A stretch of 58,885 nucleotides of DNA from an uncultured Burkholderiales bacterium (GTDB lineage: Bacteria > Pseudomonadota > Gammaproteobacteria > Burkholderiales > Burkholderiaceae_C), in assembly GCA_903865035.1 (NCBI GenBank), contig CAIPII010000131.1:1-58885 (forward strand), written 5' to 3'. Made by a program: the position numbers and the translations under genes. The notes beneath the pieces were generated by a model that was not told the DNA's origin, did not search any database, and saw only the letters and a list, made by a program, of their open reading frames with translations. Of the stretch, positions 9,405 to 18,835 are shown piece by piece. Each line of letters opens with the position of its first letter. The first letter of the stretch is position 1.

Positions 9405-11474
9405 TCAATTGAGCCCTTGATGTCTGAGCAGCGCATCGATCGAGGGTTCGCGGCCTCTGAAGGCGACAAAGGAAGTCATGGCGCTTCTTGATCCGCCCAC
9501 CTCTAGGATGTTTTTTCTGTAGCTCTCTCCCATGGCCGCACTGAAAGTCCCCTCGTTGGAGAGTTGTTCCTCAATGGCAGCGTAAGCGTCCGCACTCAAG
9601 ACTTCAGCCCATTTGTAGCTGTAGTAACCCGCTGCATAACCGCCTGCAAAAATGTGACTGAAGCTGTGAGCAGGTCTACAAAAGTCCGGTACAGCGACAA
9701 CGCTCACCTGTTCTCGCACTTGCTTTAAAACCACCGCCACATCCTCCACTGATGGGGTTTGAGCGTGGATCATCCAGTCAAAGAGCGAGAACTCAATTTG
9801 CCTGAGCATTTGCAGGCCACTTTGAAAGTTCTTGGCTTGCAGCATTTTGTCAAACAAGGCTTTGGGCATGGGTTCGCCGCTTTGGTGGTGAGCGGTCATG
9901 TTTTGAACGACAGACCACTGCCAACAAAAATTCTCCATGAATTGACTGGGCAATTCAACGGCATCCCACTCCACGCCGTTGATGCCAGAGACATCAAGCT
10001 CATTGACTTGGGTCATGAGATGGTGCAATCCATGTCCAAATTCATGAAAGAGGGTGATCACATCATCATGCGTCAAGAGGGCTTGTGCGCCCTCTGTGCC
10101 TTTGGCAAAGTTACAAACCAAATAAGCGACGGGCGTTTGGAGGGTGTGGGTGTCGGGTCTTAACCAACGCCCGCGAACATCGTCCATCCAAGCTCCAGCA
10201 CGCTTTGAATTCCTGGCAAACGGGTCCAAGTAAAACTGTCCAATGAGTTGGCCTTGCCTCTCAAGTCGGTAGAACTCCACATCGGGGTGCCATGTGGGTG
10301 CATGCTCCTTTTGGATGCTCACCTCAAATAGGGTTTGAACAATTTGAAAGAGTCCTTCTAGCACTCGTGGGTAGGGGAAATAGGCTTTGACCTCTGTTTC
10401 GCTGAAAGCGTATTTGCTCTCTTTGAGTCTCTCGCCAATGAAGGTCCAGTCCCAGGCTTGGGGATTTTCGATGCCCAAGCGCTTGGCGTGTTGTCTCATG
10501 TCCTCCAAATCCTGCAATGCAAAAGGCTTGGCTTTCATAGCCAACTGCAACAAAAAGTCACTTACCTCATCTTGAGAGTTGGCCATTTTGCTGGCCAAGG
10601 AGAGTTGAGCGAAGTTTTCAAATCCAAGCAGTTGGGCTTCTTCAAGCCTTAAGCGCAATATCTCATGGAGCACTTGAGTGTTGTCAAATTTCAAAAATTC
10701 GCTGGCACTTTGATCGCAAGCCCTGGTTTGATAAGCGGTGTAGAGTTTTTCACGCAGTGCGCGGTTTTTTGCAAACTGCATGATGGGCAAATAGACCGGC
10801 ATCTTGAGTGTCAAGCGGTAGCCGCTCTCACCGTTTGCCCGAGCCGCCTCAAGACAAGCTTGAATGACCTCGGGGGGAATGCCTTCGAGTTCCTCTAGGC
10901 TTGCGTTGTAGCTCCAAGCGTCGGTTGCATCAAGGACGTTTTCGCTGAATTTTTGGCTCAACTCGGCCATTTTTTCTTGAAGCTGTGCGAATCTCTCCTT
11001 TTCTTTGCCTTGGAGTTGAGCTCCTCCGAGCACAAAATTGCGAAGCGCATTCTCAAGCGCTTTGGCTTGTTCGGCATTGAGATCTTTGGGATTTAAGGAT
11101 TGAAAGCGTTCAAACAGCGCTGTGCTTGAGCCCAGTTGCGTCCAAAACTCGGTGACCAAGGGAAGGGCTTCGTTGTAGGCGGCACGCAATGCAGGGCTAT
11201 CGAGGACTGAATTCAGGTGTGAGACCATGCCCCAAGAGCGAGTGAGTTTTTCAACAGGCACGTCCAGCTTGAGAGAAATGGCCTCCCAATTGAGCGGGGA
11301 GCTTGACTCTTCGATCTCATGCAAAGCGTCCTTGGCTTGTTTCAAGAGCAGTGGAATGCTTTGGGCGATTTGATCAACTTCAAAGCAGTCAAATCTGGGC
11401 AGGCCAGAAAAATCAAGCAAAGCATTGTGATTTTGTGATTGATGATTCTGAGCTGGCGCAGTTGGGTGGTTCAT
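9405..11474 (-). CDS. prlC: Oligopeptidase A (M3 metallopeptidase)
   Basis: HEFGHGLH zinc motif, WDAVELPSQFME, FSHIFAGGYAAGYYSYKWAEVL. Confidence 0.96.
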   Translation of the reverse strand: MNHPTAPAQNHQSQNHNALLDFSGLPRFDCFEVDQIAQSIPLLLKQAKDALHEIEESSSPLNWEAISLKLDVPVEKLTRSWGMVSHLNSVLDSPALRAAYNEALPLVTEFWTQLGSSTALFERFQSLNPKDLNAEQAKALENALRNFVLGGAQLQGKEKERFAQLQEKMAELSQKFSENVLDATDAWSYNASLEELEGIPPEVIQACLEAARANGESGYRLTLKMPVYLPIMQFAKNRALREKLYTAYQTRACDQSASEFLKFDNTQVLHEILRLRLEEAQLLGFENFAQLSLASKMANSQDEVSDFLLQLAMKAKPFALQDLEDMRQHAKRLGIENPQAWDWTFIGERLKESKYAFSETEVKAYFPYPRVLEGLFQIVQTLFEVSIQKEHAPTWHPDVEFYRLERQGQLIGQFYLDPFARNSKRAGAWMDDVRGRWLRPDTHTLQTPVAYLVCNFAKGTEGAQALLTHDDVITLFHEFGHGLHHLMTQVNELDVSGINGVEWDAVELPSQFMENFCWQWSVVQNMTAHHQSGEPMPKALFDKMLQAKNFQSGLQMLRQIEFSLFDWMIHAQTPSVEDVAVVLKQVREQVSVVAVPDFCRPAHSFSHIFAGGYAAGYYSYKWAEVLSADAYAAIEEQLSNEGTFSAAMGESYRKNILEVGGSRSAMTSFVAFRGREPSIDALLRHQGLN

Positions 11475-11506
11475 GTTGTAAAAGAGTGAGTGTTAAGCGG
11501 TGTTGC

Positions 11507-12358
11507 TCAGGCGTGCATCGCAGTGCATGCTTCAAGGGTATTGGCCAAAAGCATGGTGATGGTCATGGGTCCCACCCCACCAGGGACTGGGGTGATGAAG
11601 GACGCCACCTCTCCCACGCCCGCGGTGTCGACGTCCCCACAGAGTTTGCCGTGTTCATCCCGGTTCATGCCCACATCGATGACAACGGCGTTGGGCTTGA
11701 CCATGTCTTGGGTGATGAGTTTTGCAACTCCAACGGCAGCCACCAAAACGTCCGCCATCAAAGTCATTTCTTTCAAATTGGGGGTTGCGCTGTGACAAAT
11801 GGTGACGGTTGCATTTTTTTGCAGCAGCATGAGTGCCATGGGCTTGCCCACGATGTTTGAGCGACCAACCACCACGGCATGCTTGCCTTTGAGATCGAAG
11901 CCGATGTGCTCCAGCATTTTCATGCAGCCGTAGGGTGTACATGGCCAAAAACCGCGAGAACCCGTCATCAAAGCCCCAGCGGAGCTGATGTGAAAACCGT
12001 CTACATCTTTAAGAGGTGAAATCCGCTCGATCACCTCTTGTGCATTGATGTGAGCAGGAAGAGGGAGCTGAACCAAAATGCCGTGAATACTGGGGTCTTG
12101 GTTGAGCTCATCGATTCGTTTGAACAAAGCCTCACTGGTGAGCGAGCTTGGGTGTTGGTCAAGCACCGAGTGAATGCCCACTTGGGCACAGGCTTTGACC
12201 TTGTTGCGCACATAAACTTGGCTTGCAGGATTCTCACCCACCAAAATCACAGCCAGACCTGGCGTGATTCCTTTGGCTTTCAATGCCAGTGTTTCTTGGG
12301 TCAAGCTCTCGCGAATGGTATTGGAGAGGGCTACACCGTCAATGATTTGAGCGTTCAT
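11507..12358 (-). CDS. folD: Bifunctional methylene-THF dehydrogenase/cyclohydrolase
   Basis: [36 protein letters not shown] and [11 protein letters not shown] motifs. Confidence 0.98.
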   Translation of the reverse strand: MNAQIIDGVALSNTIRESLTQETLALKAKGITPGLAVILVGENPASQVYVRNKVKACAQVGIHSVLDQHPSSLTSEALFKRIDELNQDPSIHGILVQLPLPAHINAQEVIERISPLKDVDGFHISSAGALMTGSRGFWPCTPYGCMKMLEHIGFDLKGKHAVVVGRSNIVGKPMALMLLQKNATVTICHSATPNLKEMTLMADVLVAAVGVAKLITQDMVKPNAVVIDVGMNRDEHGKLCGDVDTAGVGEVASFITPVPGGVGPMTITMLLANTLEACTAMHA

Positions 12359-12623
12359 CGTTGTCCAGAATGGTTGAGCATTGGCACGCGTGAAGTTGAT
12401 AAAACCTCACCCTGAGGACCTTTGCAAGGGTTGGAGCGAAAGAGGTGTATTTTCTCACGCTTTAAATGGGCTGAGAGCGAGCGTGTTTATGCCAAACAAA
12501 CCCAAAGGCGTGTTCGAGAGATTTCACTCGAGAGTGGCTCTTCAAGCGCCCTCTCTTCTGAGGTGAAGGAGAAAGGGTCGGGTGCAGCTGCTGTGATTGA
12601 GGAGGAGGCCTCAGGGGAGAGGG

Positions 12624-12652
12624 GGTTGTGCCGCCAAGGGGGCGGCACAACC
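12624..12652. terminator. Perfect 12-bp GC-rich stem-loop downstream of the response regulator
   Basis: GGTTGTGCCGCC-AAGGG-GGCGGCACAACC, starting 17 nt past the stop codon on the minus strand; no U-tract. Confidence 0.55.
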
Positions 12653-12668
12653 TAGGTTCAGGCTTTGA

Positions 12669-13295
12669 TCAAGCTTTGTTGGCGTTGGGGCCCAGGGCAA
12701 TTTTGAGCAAGTCGGCAACGGTGTTGGCGTTGAGTTTTTCCATGATGTTGGCTCTGTGGGCTTCAACCGTTTTGATGCTGATGCCTAAGTCATCGGCAAT
12801 TTGTTTGTTCAAGCGACCGGCCACAATGCGCTCGAGCACTTGTGCCTCACGTGAGGTGAGCTTGGACATCAAGGCGTCGCGAGAGGCAGCTTGCTGGTGC
12901 CCCGCGAATTGAGCTTTGGCTTTTTCGAGCATTTGCTCGACCAAGGGGAGCAGTTCCTCTTCCTTGAAGGGTTTTTGGATGAAGTCCATCGCTCCCTTTT
13001 TCATGGTGTCCACAGCCATGGGCACATCTCCGTGGCCTGTGATGAAGACGATGGGCAGGGGGGAGTTTTTCTCAATGAGTTTTTCTTGCAACTCCAAGCC
13101 GCTCATGCCGCCCATGCGAATGTCAACGATCAAGCAGGCGACCTCTTTGGGGTCGTAGCGGCTTAGAAAGTTTTCAGCCGAGTCAAAGCAACGCACCCGG
13201 TAGTCTTTGCCCTCCAAGAGCCATTGCAAGGAGTCGCGAACGCCCTCATCGTCATCAACCACATAGACGTTGCCTTTTTTGGGGATCAAGCTCAT
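12669..13295 (-). CDS. FixJ-family response regulator (REC + LuxR HTH)
   Basis: VVDDD, DIRM, ITGHGD, KPF and LTSRE...NKQIADDLGISIKTVEAHRANIMEKL. Likely start ATG 13295. Confidence 0.93.
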   Translation of the reverse strand: MSLIPKKGNVYVVDDDEGVRDSLQWLLEGKDYRVRCFDSAENFLSRYDPKEVACLIVDIRMGGMSGLELQEKLIEKNSPLPIVFITGHGDVPMAVDTMKKGAMDFIQKPFKEEELLPLVEQMLEKAKAQFAGHQQAASRDALMSKLTSREAQVLERIVAGRLNKQIADDLGISIKTVEAHRANIMEKLNANTVADLLKIALGPNANKA

Positions 13296-13362
13296 GAATT
13301 GCCTCAACCTAATAAGTGAATGGAATGTAAGTTTTCGTTAGTGTAAACGTTTCTGGCGTTTC

Positions 13363-15903
13363 TCAATGGGTTGCCTCTTGAGCAAAGGAAGGGAGCCAAA
13401 ATGAAAAACAGCAGCCCTTGACCTGGTCTTGATTGTAGAGGTTGGTGGCCAGCATTCTGCCTTGGTGTGACTCAACGATGCTTCTGCACAAGTTCAGTCC
13501 TATGCCCATGCCTTCGGTCTTGGTTGAAAAGAAAGCCTCAAAGAGCCTCTCCAAGACCTCTGGGGCCAGTCCTTTGCCGCTGTCGGTGACGGTAAATTCA
13601 ACCGTTTTTTGTCCATCGATGATCTTTGGCAATACTTTGAGCTCAACGTGTCGATCGGGCAATGCCCGGTTGGCGTTGTCGATGGATTCGGCAGCATTTT
13701 TAAGCAAATTGACTAAAACTTGTTCTATCAAGATGGGGTCCAGCATGACGGGGGGCAAGTGTGTGGAGATGTAGTGTGTGAGCTTGACTTGGCGGCGTTT
13801 GAGCTCAATATCAGCCAATTCGACGGCTTCCATGACAATGGTGCTGATGTTGGCCAAGCTGCGGTTGGGCTCGCTGCGTTTGACAAAGCTGCGGATGCGT
13901 TGAATGATTTGGCCTGCTCGGTGAGCTTGGTGGGCTGTTTTTTCCAGAGCTTGGATGAGCTCGGATTCAACGATTTGTTGAGATTTGATGCGCGAGACCA
14001 TGCCAGTGCAATAGTTGCTGATGGCGGTCAGGGGTTGATTGAGCTCGTGCGCGACACTGGAGGCCATTTCCCCCATCGTGATGAGTCGGCTGACCGATTG
14101 AGCCCTCTCGGCTTGCATGGCCGATTGCTCCTCGGCTTGCCTTCTAGGGGTGATATCGGTGGCAATGATCATTTGAGCCAATCGGCCATCCACCCAGTTC
14201 AAGTAACGCGAGCGCACTTCAAGCCATTTGCCCAAGCCTGTGATGAAAATTTCAGCGTTCTCGGAGAGCGTGCGCTCAAAGCTGCCACTGGGCAATCCAA
14301 CCAAGTCATCTGCATCTTGTGGAGAGTTGATGAGTGACTGCATGGACTCAAAGGCCAAGTCAATCATTTGCATGTGACCCTCACTTTGGCTTCCAAACCA
14401 TTGGCGATAGAGCTTGTTGGTGAATAAAATCTCGGTCGAACCAATTGGCGTCACAGACACGGAAGCATCCAAGGCTTCAAGCACAGTGGTGAATCGCTCA
14501 TAAGAGGCGGAGAGTTGTTGACGGATGCGGTTGGGCTCGGTGATGTCGGTCATGGAGGTCATCCAACCCGACTGCTCACCGGAGGCGTCAATCAAAGGGG
14601 AGACATATAGACGCGCATCAAAGATCGATCCGTTTTTGCGTTTGACTTTGACTTGGAGTCCGCTTTGGCTGGTTCGGCCACTCAATTCTTCGGCCAATTT
14701 GGCCGCGAGCATTTCGTGGTCCGATTCCGGCCAGTGTGGAAAGGGTGGGTATTGGCCCACCAATTCACTTTGGCTCCAACCGGTCATTTGACAAAAAGCT
14801 GAGTTGACATAGGTGATGCAGCCTTTCATGTCCATGGCCCTCATGCCTGTCAGCATGGAGTTTTCCATGGCGCGTCGAAAATTGGTCTCCGAGAGCAAAT
14901 CGCGTTGTGCTTGCAGCCTTCTTCTGGTGTGTCGCCACGTTCCAATGAGCATCCAAGCGGTGAGCAAACTCATGAAGCTCACCAACCAAAATAGACCATT
15001 GCCAATCACGCCATTGGAGGTGCGGTACACCTGTCCTTTGAGCATCAAGCCATTGCCAACGGGCGCAACCGGGACCATGAACTCGTAGTTGGGGTTGATC
15101 CAAGTCGGAAGGTATTTGGAGCTTGGGCGAGTGTGGATGACCTGCCCAGAGAGCAAATGATCTTCGGCGTCGAAAATGGAGACTGCGTTGCGGATCGTGA
15201 TTTCAGGAGGGACCACAAAACGCATCAAGCCATCAATTTTGTATTCCACCAAAAAGGCGCCATCGAAGTGTCCCTTTTTCATGACGGGAACAAACAAGTC
15301 CAAATAAGAATTGTCCACCTCACCTTTGGCGTCTTGGTTGATTTGAACAGGTGCGTAAGCCGATTGGTGCGTTTGCGAAACCCACTCAAAGGTCGATTTC
15401 AGCGCAAGGTTGGTGGAGAGATTTTGCTCCACACGAAGACCCGGCATCTCAAGGCCTGAGCCTCCCAAGGAGTGTTTGCTGTGCAGTCTTGAGTCGATCC
15501 AAGAAATTGAATTGATCTCTGGATAGTGGGTGAGCATTGAATCGGCTTCAATCACGAAGTCAGATGGGGCGACATCTCCAGCGGAAATGTCCTTGGACAA
15601 GCGAGTGACTTGCTCTTGACGCTCCAGCAAGCGCAAGCGCAGTCGTTGTTGTGCGTATTCAATGTCGCGCCTGAGGGTTTCCTCCTCCCTCAGCACCTCC
15701 TCAAAGCGCAGGTAAGCGAACGCTGCAGCAATGGTGGAGAAAAAGAAAATGACTGCGATCAATGGGGCCATCAAAGCCAAGCGATCTTGGCGGCTGGGGC
15801 TTTGTTTTTTCCACCAACTTGACCACCGAACTGCAATGGCTTTCAAAATGACCCGAAGCGGGGATTTGGGGTTCGCGGTGGTGGTTGGTTTTGGATCTGT
15901 CAT
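13363..15903 (-). CDS. Membrane PAS-domain sensor histidine kinase (FixL-like)
   Basis: Two TM segments, PAS domains, H-box MASSVAHELNQPL, N-box QVLVNLLKNA, DSGKG and GMGIGL. Likely start ATG 15903. Confidence 0.93.
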   Translation of the reverse strand: MTDPKPTTTANPKSPLRVILKAIAVRWSSWWKKQSPSRQDRLALMAPLIAVIFFFSTIAAAFAYLRFEEVLREEETLRRDIEYAQQRLRLRLLERQEQVTRLSKDISAGDVAPSDFVIEADSMLTHYPEINSISWIDSRLHSKHSLGGSGLEMPGLRVEQNLSTNLALKSTFEWVSQTHQSAYAPVQINQDAKGEVDNSYLDLFVPVMKKGHFDGAFLVEYKIDGLMRFVVPPEITIRNAVSIFDAEDHLLSGQVIHTRPSSKYLPTWINPNYEFMVPVAPVGNGLMLKGQVYRTSNGVIGNGLFWLVSFMSLLTAWMLIGTWRHTRRRLQAQRDLLSETNFRRAMENSMLTGMRAMDMKGCITYVNSAFCQMTGWSQSELVGQYPPFPHWPESDHEMLAAKLAEELSGRTSQSGLQVKVKRKNGSIFDARLYVSPLIDASGEQSGWMTSMTDITEPNRIRQQLSASYERFTTVLEALDASVSVTPIGSTEILFTNKLYRQWFGSQSEGHMQMIDLAFESMQSLINSPQDADDLVGLPSGSFERTLSENAEIFITGLGKWLEVRSRYLNWVDGRLAQMIIATDITPRRQAEEQSAMQAERAQSVSRLITMGEMASSVAHELNQPLTAISNYCTGMVSRIKSQQIVESELIQALEKTAHQAHRAGQIIQRIRSFVKRSEPNRSLANISTIVMEAVELADIELKRRQVKLTHYISTHLPPVMLDPILIEQVLVNLLKNAAESIDNANRALPDRHVELKVLPKIIDGQKTVEFTVTDSGKGLAPEVLERLFEAFFSTKTEGMGIGLNLCRSIVESHQGRMLATNLYNQDQVKGCCFSFWLPSFAQEATH

Positions 15904-15991
15904 TGACCTACAGTTTAGAAGAAAAAGGGCATCCGCGTGTTGCACTGCAATCGAGCAAAAGAAAAGAAATTTTAAGCCCTCACTTTTTAAA

Positions 15992-16027
15992 TTTCACAAT
16001 ATGAAAACGGTAAGCACTATTTGAAAT
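15992..16027. promoter_or_regulatory. Candidate transcription-factor operator in the divergent kinase/aceE promoter
   Basis: Palindrome TTTCA-CAATA-TGAAA (15992-16006) and a degenerate copy CACTATTTGAAA 20 bp downstream, in an AT-rich spacer. Confidence 0.55.
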
Positions 16028-16108
16028 CTATCTTTTTTTGTGAGATACTATTAAAAAAAGATTTGCCTAAAAATTTTTACTTTCTCAAAGTTCAACCAGG
16101 AGACAAGC

Positions 16109-18820
16109 ATGTCAGCTCAACCCAGCGGCTCGCGTACATTTGCCATCAACGACACCGATTCACAAGAAACCCGTGAGTGGATGGAAGCTTTGACTGCGGT
16201 GATTCAGTCAGAAGGTCCAGAGCGTGCCCACTACTTATTAGAGCAGTTGCTCGAGCACGCCAGAGAGAGCAGCATTGACATGCCTTTCTCGGCCAACACG
16301 GGTTACGTTAATACCATAGATGTCAGTGAAGAAGAGGTTTGTCCGGGCAACATCGAAATCGAGGAGCGCTTGCGCGCTTACATGCGCTGGAATGCCATGG
16401 CCATGGTTGTCAAAGCCAATCGCCATCATCCCGTTGATGGAGGCGATTTGGGTGGGCACATTGGTTCATTTGCCTCTCTTGCTCACATGTTTGGCGCGGG
16501 TTTCAATCACTTTTGGCACGCAGAGAGTGAGAACCACGGTGGCGATTTGCTCTACATCCAGGGACACGTTTCCCCTGGCGTTTACGCAAGAGCCTTTTTG
16601 GAAGGGCGCTTGAGTGAAGAGCAACTGTTGAATTTCCGCCAAGAGGTCAATGGCAAAGGCTTGTCAAGCTATCCCCATCCCAAGCTCATGCCCGAGTTTT
16701 GGCAGTTCCCAACGGTCTCCATGGGACTGGGTCCACTGATGGCGATTTATCAAGCGCGCTTTTTGAAGTACCTCCACGCCAGAGGCATTGCCAACACCGA
16801 GAACAGAAAGATTTGGGTCTTCTGTGGTGACGGCGAGATGGATGAGGTTGAGTCATTGGGCGCCATTGGTTTGGCAGCTCGTGAGAAATTGGATAATTTG
16901 ATTTTTGTGATCAATTGCAATTTGCAGCGCTTGGATGGGCCCGTGCGTGGCAACGGCAAAATCATCCAAGAGCTTGAGAGCGAGTTCCGCGGCTCAGGTT
17001 GGAATGTGATCAAGCTCATTTGGGGCAGCAATTGGGATGGATTGTTGGCCCGAGACAAAGATGGAGCCTTGCGTCGCGTGATGATGGAGACACTTGACGG
17101 AGACTATCAAGCCTTCAAGGCCAATGATGGAGCTTATGTTCGACAGCACTTCTTTGCTCGCGACCCCAAGACTTTGGAGATGGTGGCCAAGATGAGCGAC
17201 GATGAGATCTGGAACCTTCGCCGTGGAGGACACGATCCCCAAAAGGTCTATGCAGCTTACGCCAAAGCGGTCAAGCACAAAGACCAACCCACAGTCATGC
17301 TCATCAAAACCGTCAAAGGTTTTGGCATGGGCAAAATTGGCGAAGGAAAGAACACGGTTCACCAAACCAAAAAACTCACCGATGAGGACATCAAGGCGTT
17401 CAGAGACCGCTTTAACATTCCCATTCCTGATAGCCAATTGGCGGATTTGCCTTTTTACAAGCCCGCAGAAGACACCCCAGAGATGCAGTACCTGCACGAG
17501 CGCCGCAAGGCCTTGGGTGGCTACTTGCCCCATCGCCGTGTCAAAAGCGATGAGCAGTTCAGCGTTCCACCGCTCTCCACATTCAAGTCTGTGCTGGAGC
17601 CCACGCCTGAGGGTCGTGAAATCTCCACCACCCAAGCCTATGTGCGGTTTTTAACCCAACTCTTAAGAGACGAACATTTGGGCTCTCGCGTGGTGCCCAT
17701 TTTGGTGGACGAGGCCCGCACCTTTGGCATGGAAGGTCTTTTCAGACAAGTGGGCATCTACAACCCAGCTGGCCAGCAATACACCCCCGTCGACAAAGAC
17801 CAAGTGATGTATTACAAAGAGGACAAGGCTGGACAAATTTTGCAAGAGGGCATCAATGAGGCCGGCGGCATGAGCAGTTGGATTGCGGCAGCAACCTCCT
17901 ACTCAACCAGCAACCGCATCATGATTCCCTTTTATGTGTACTACTCCATGTTCGGTTTCCAACGCATTGGAGACTTGGCTTGGGCAGCGGGTGACATGCA
18001 AGCCAGGGGCTTTTTGCTCGGCGGAACTTCGGGCAGAACGACGCTCAATGGCGAGGGCTTGCAGCACGAGGATGGACACAGCCACATTTTGGCTGGCACC
18101 ATTCCCAATTGCATCAGCTACGACCCCACCTTCGCGCACGAAGTGGGCGTCATCATGCAAAATGGACTCAAGCGAATGGTGGAAAATCAAGAGAATGTGT
18201 TTTACTACATCACGCTTTTGAATGAAAACTATGCGATGCCTGGCTTGAAAGAGGGCACCGAAGAGGAAATCATCAAAGGCATGTATTGCTTGATCGAGGG
18301 AGAGGGTCCCAAGAAAGCACCGCGCGTGAATTTGCTCGGTTCAGGCACCATTTTGCGTGAATCGATTGCAGCAAAAGAATTGCTGCTCAAGGATTTTGGT
18401 GTGGTGGCCAACGTTTGGAGTTGCCCCAGTTTCAATGAGCTAGCACGCGAGGGTCAAGACACCGATCGTTTCAATTTGCTCAACCCTGAGGCAAAGCCTC
18501 GCTTGAGCTTTGTGGCGCAACAACTCGGTGCTCACCCAGGCCCCGTGATCGCCTCCACCGATTACATGAAGTCATACGCCGATCAAATCCGCGCCTTCAT
18601 GCCCAAGGGCGTGAATTACAAAGTATTGGGTACCGATGGATTTGGACGCAGTGACTTCCGCTCACGCTTGAGAGAGCACTTTGAAGTGAACCGTCACTAC
18701 ATCGTCTTGGCCGCTTTGAAAGCATTGAGCGAAGACGGTACAGTGCCAGTTGCAAAAGTCAAAGAAGCCATTGAGAAGTACCAAATCAATGTTCAAAAAA
18801 TCAATCCATTGATGGCCTAA
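16109..18820 (+). CDS. aceE: Pyruvate dehydrogenase E1 (homodimeric)
   Basis: SSYPHP, PTVSMGLG, TPP motif GDGEMDE...NCN, DEARTFGMEG and GEGLQHEDG. AGGAG RBS. Confidence 0.98.
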   Translation: MSAQPSGSRTFAINDTDSQETREWMEALTAVIQSEGPERAHYLLEQLLEHARESSIDMPFSANTGYVNTIDVSEEEVCPGNIEIEERLRAYMRWNAMAMVVKANRHHPVDGGDLGGHIGSFASLAHMFGAGFNHFWHAESENHGGDLLYIQGHVSPGVYARAFLEGRLSEEQLLNFRQEVNGKGLSSYPHPKLMPEFWQFPTVSMGLGPLMAIYQARFLKYLHARGIANTENRKIWVFCGDGEMDEVESLGAIGLAAREKLDNLIFVINCNLQRLDGPVRGNGKIIQELESEFRGSGWNVIKLIWGSNWDGLLARDKDGALRRVMMETLDGDYQAFKANDGAYVRQHFFARDPKTLEMVAKMSDDEIWNLRRGGHDPQKVYAAYAKAVKHKDQPTVMLIKTVKGFGMGKIGEGKNTVHQTKKLTDEDIKAFRDRFNIPIPDSQLADLPFYKPAEDTPEMQYLHERRKALGGYLPHRRVKSDEQFSVPPLSTFKSVLEPTPEGREISTTQAYVRFLTQLLRDEHLGSRVVPILVDEARTFGMEGLFRQVGIYNPAGQQYTPVDKDQVMYYKEDKAGQILQEGINEAGGMSSWIAAATSYSTSNRIMIPFYVYYSMFGFQRIGDLAWAAGDMQARGFLLGGTSGRTTLNGEGLQHEDGHSHILAGTIPNCISYDPTFAHEVGVIMQNGLKRMVENQENVFYYITLLNENYAMPGLKEGTEEEIIKGMYCLIEGEGPKKAPRVNLLGSGTILRESIAAKELLLKDFGVVANVWSCPSFNELAREGQDTDRFNLLNPEAKPRLSFVAQQLGAHPGPVIASTDYMKSYADQIRAFMPKGVNYKVLGTDGFGRSDFRSRLREHFEVNRHYIVLAALKALSEDGTVPVAKVKEAIEKYQINVQKINPLMA

Positions 18821-18835
18821 GTAGGAGACAACACC

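Noticed and set aside
12381-12655. Small ORFs and possible ZTP or glycine riboswitch in the folD leader
   Set aside because: The ORFs lack RBS and protein-like composition, and the conserved riboswitch nucleotides were not found on the sense strand.
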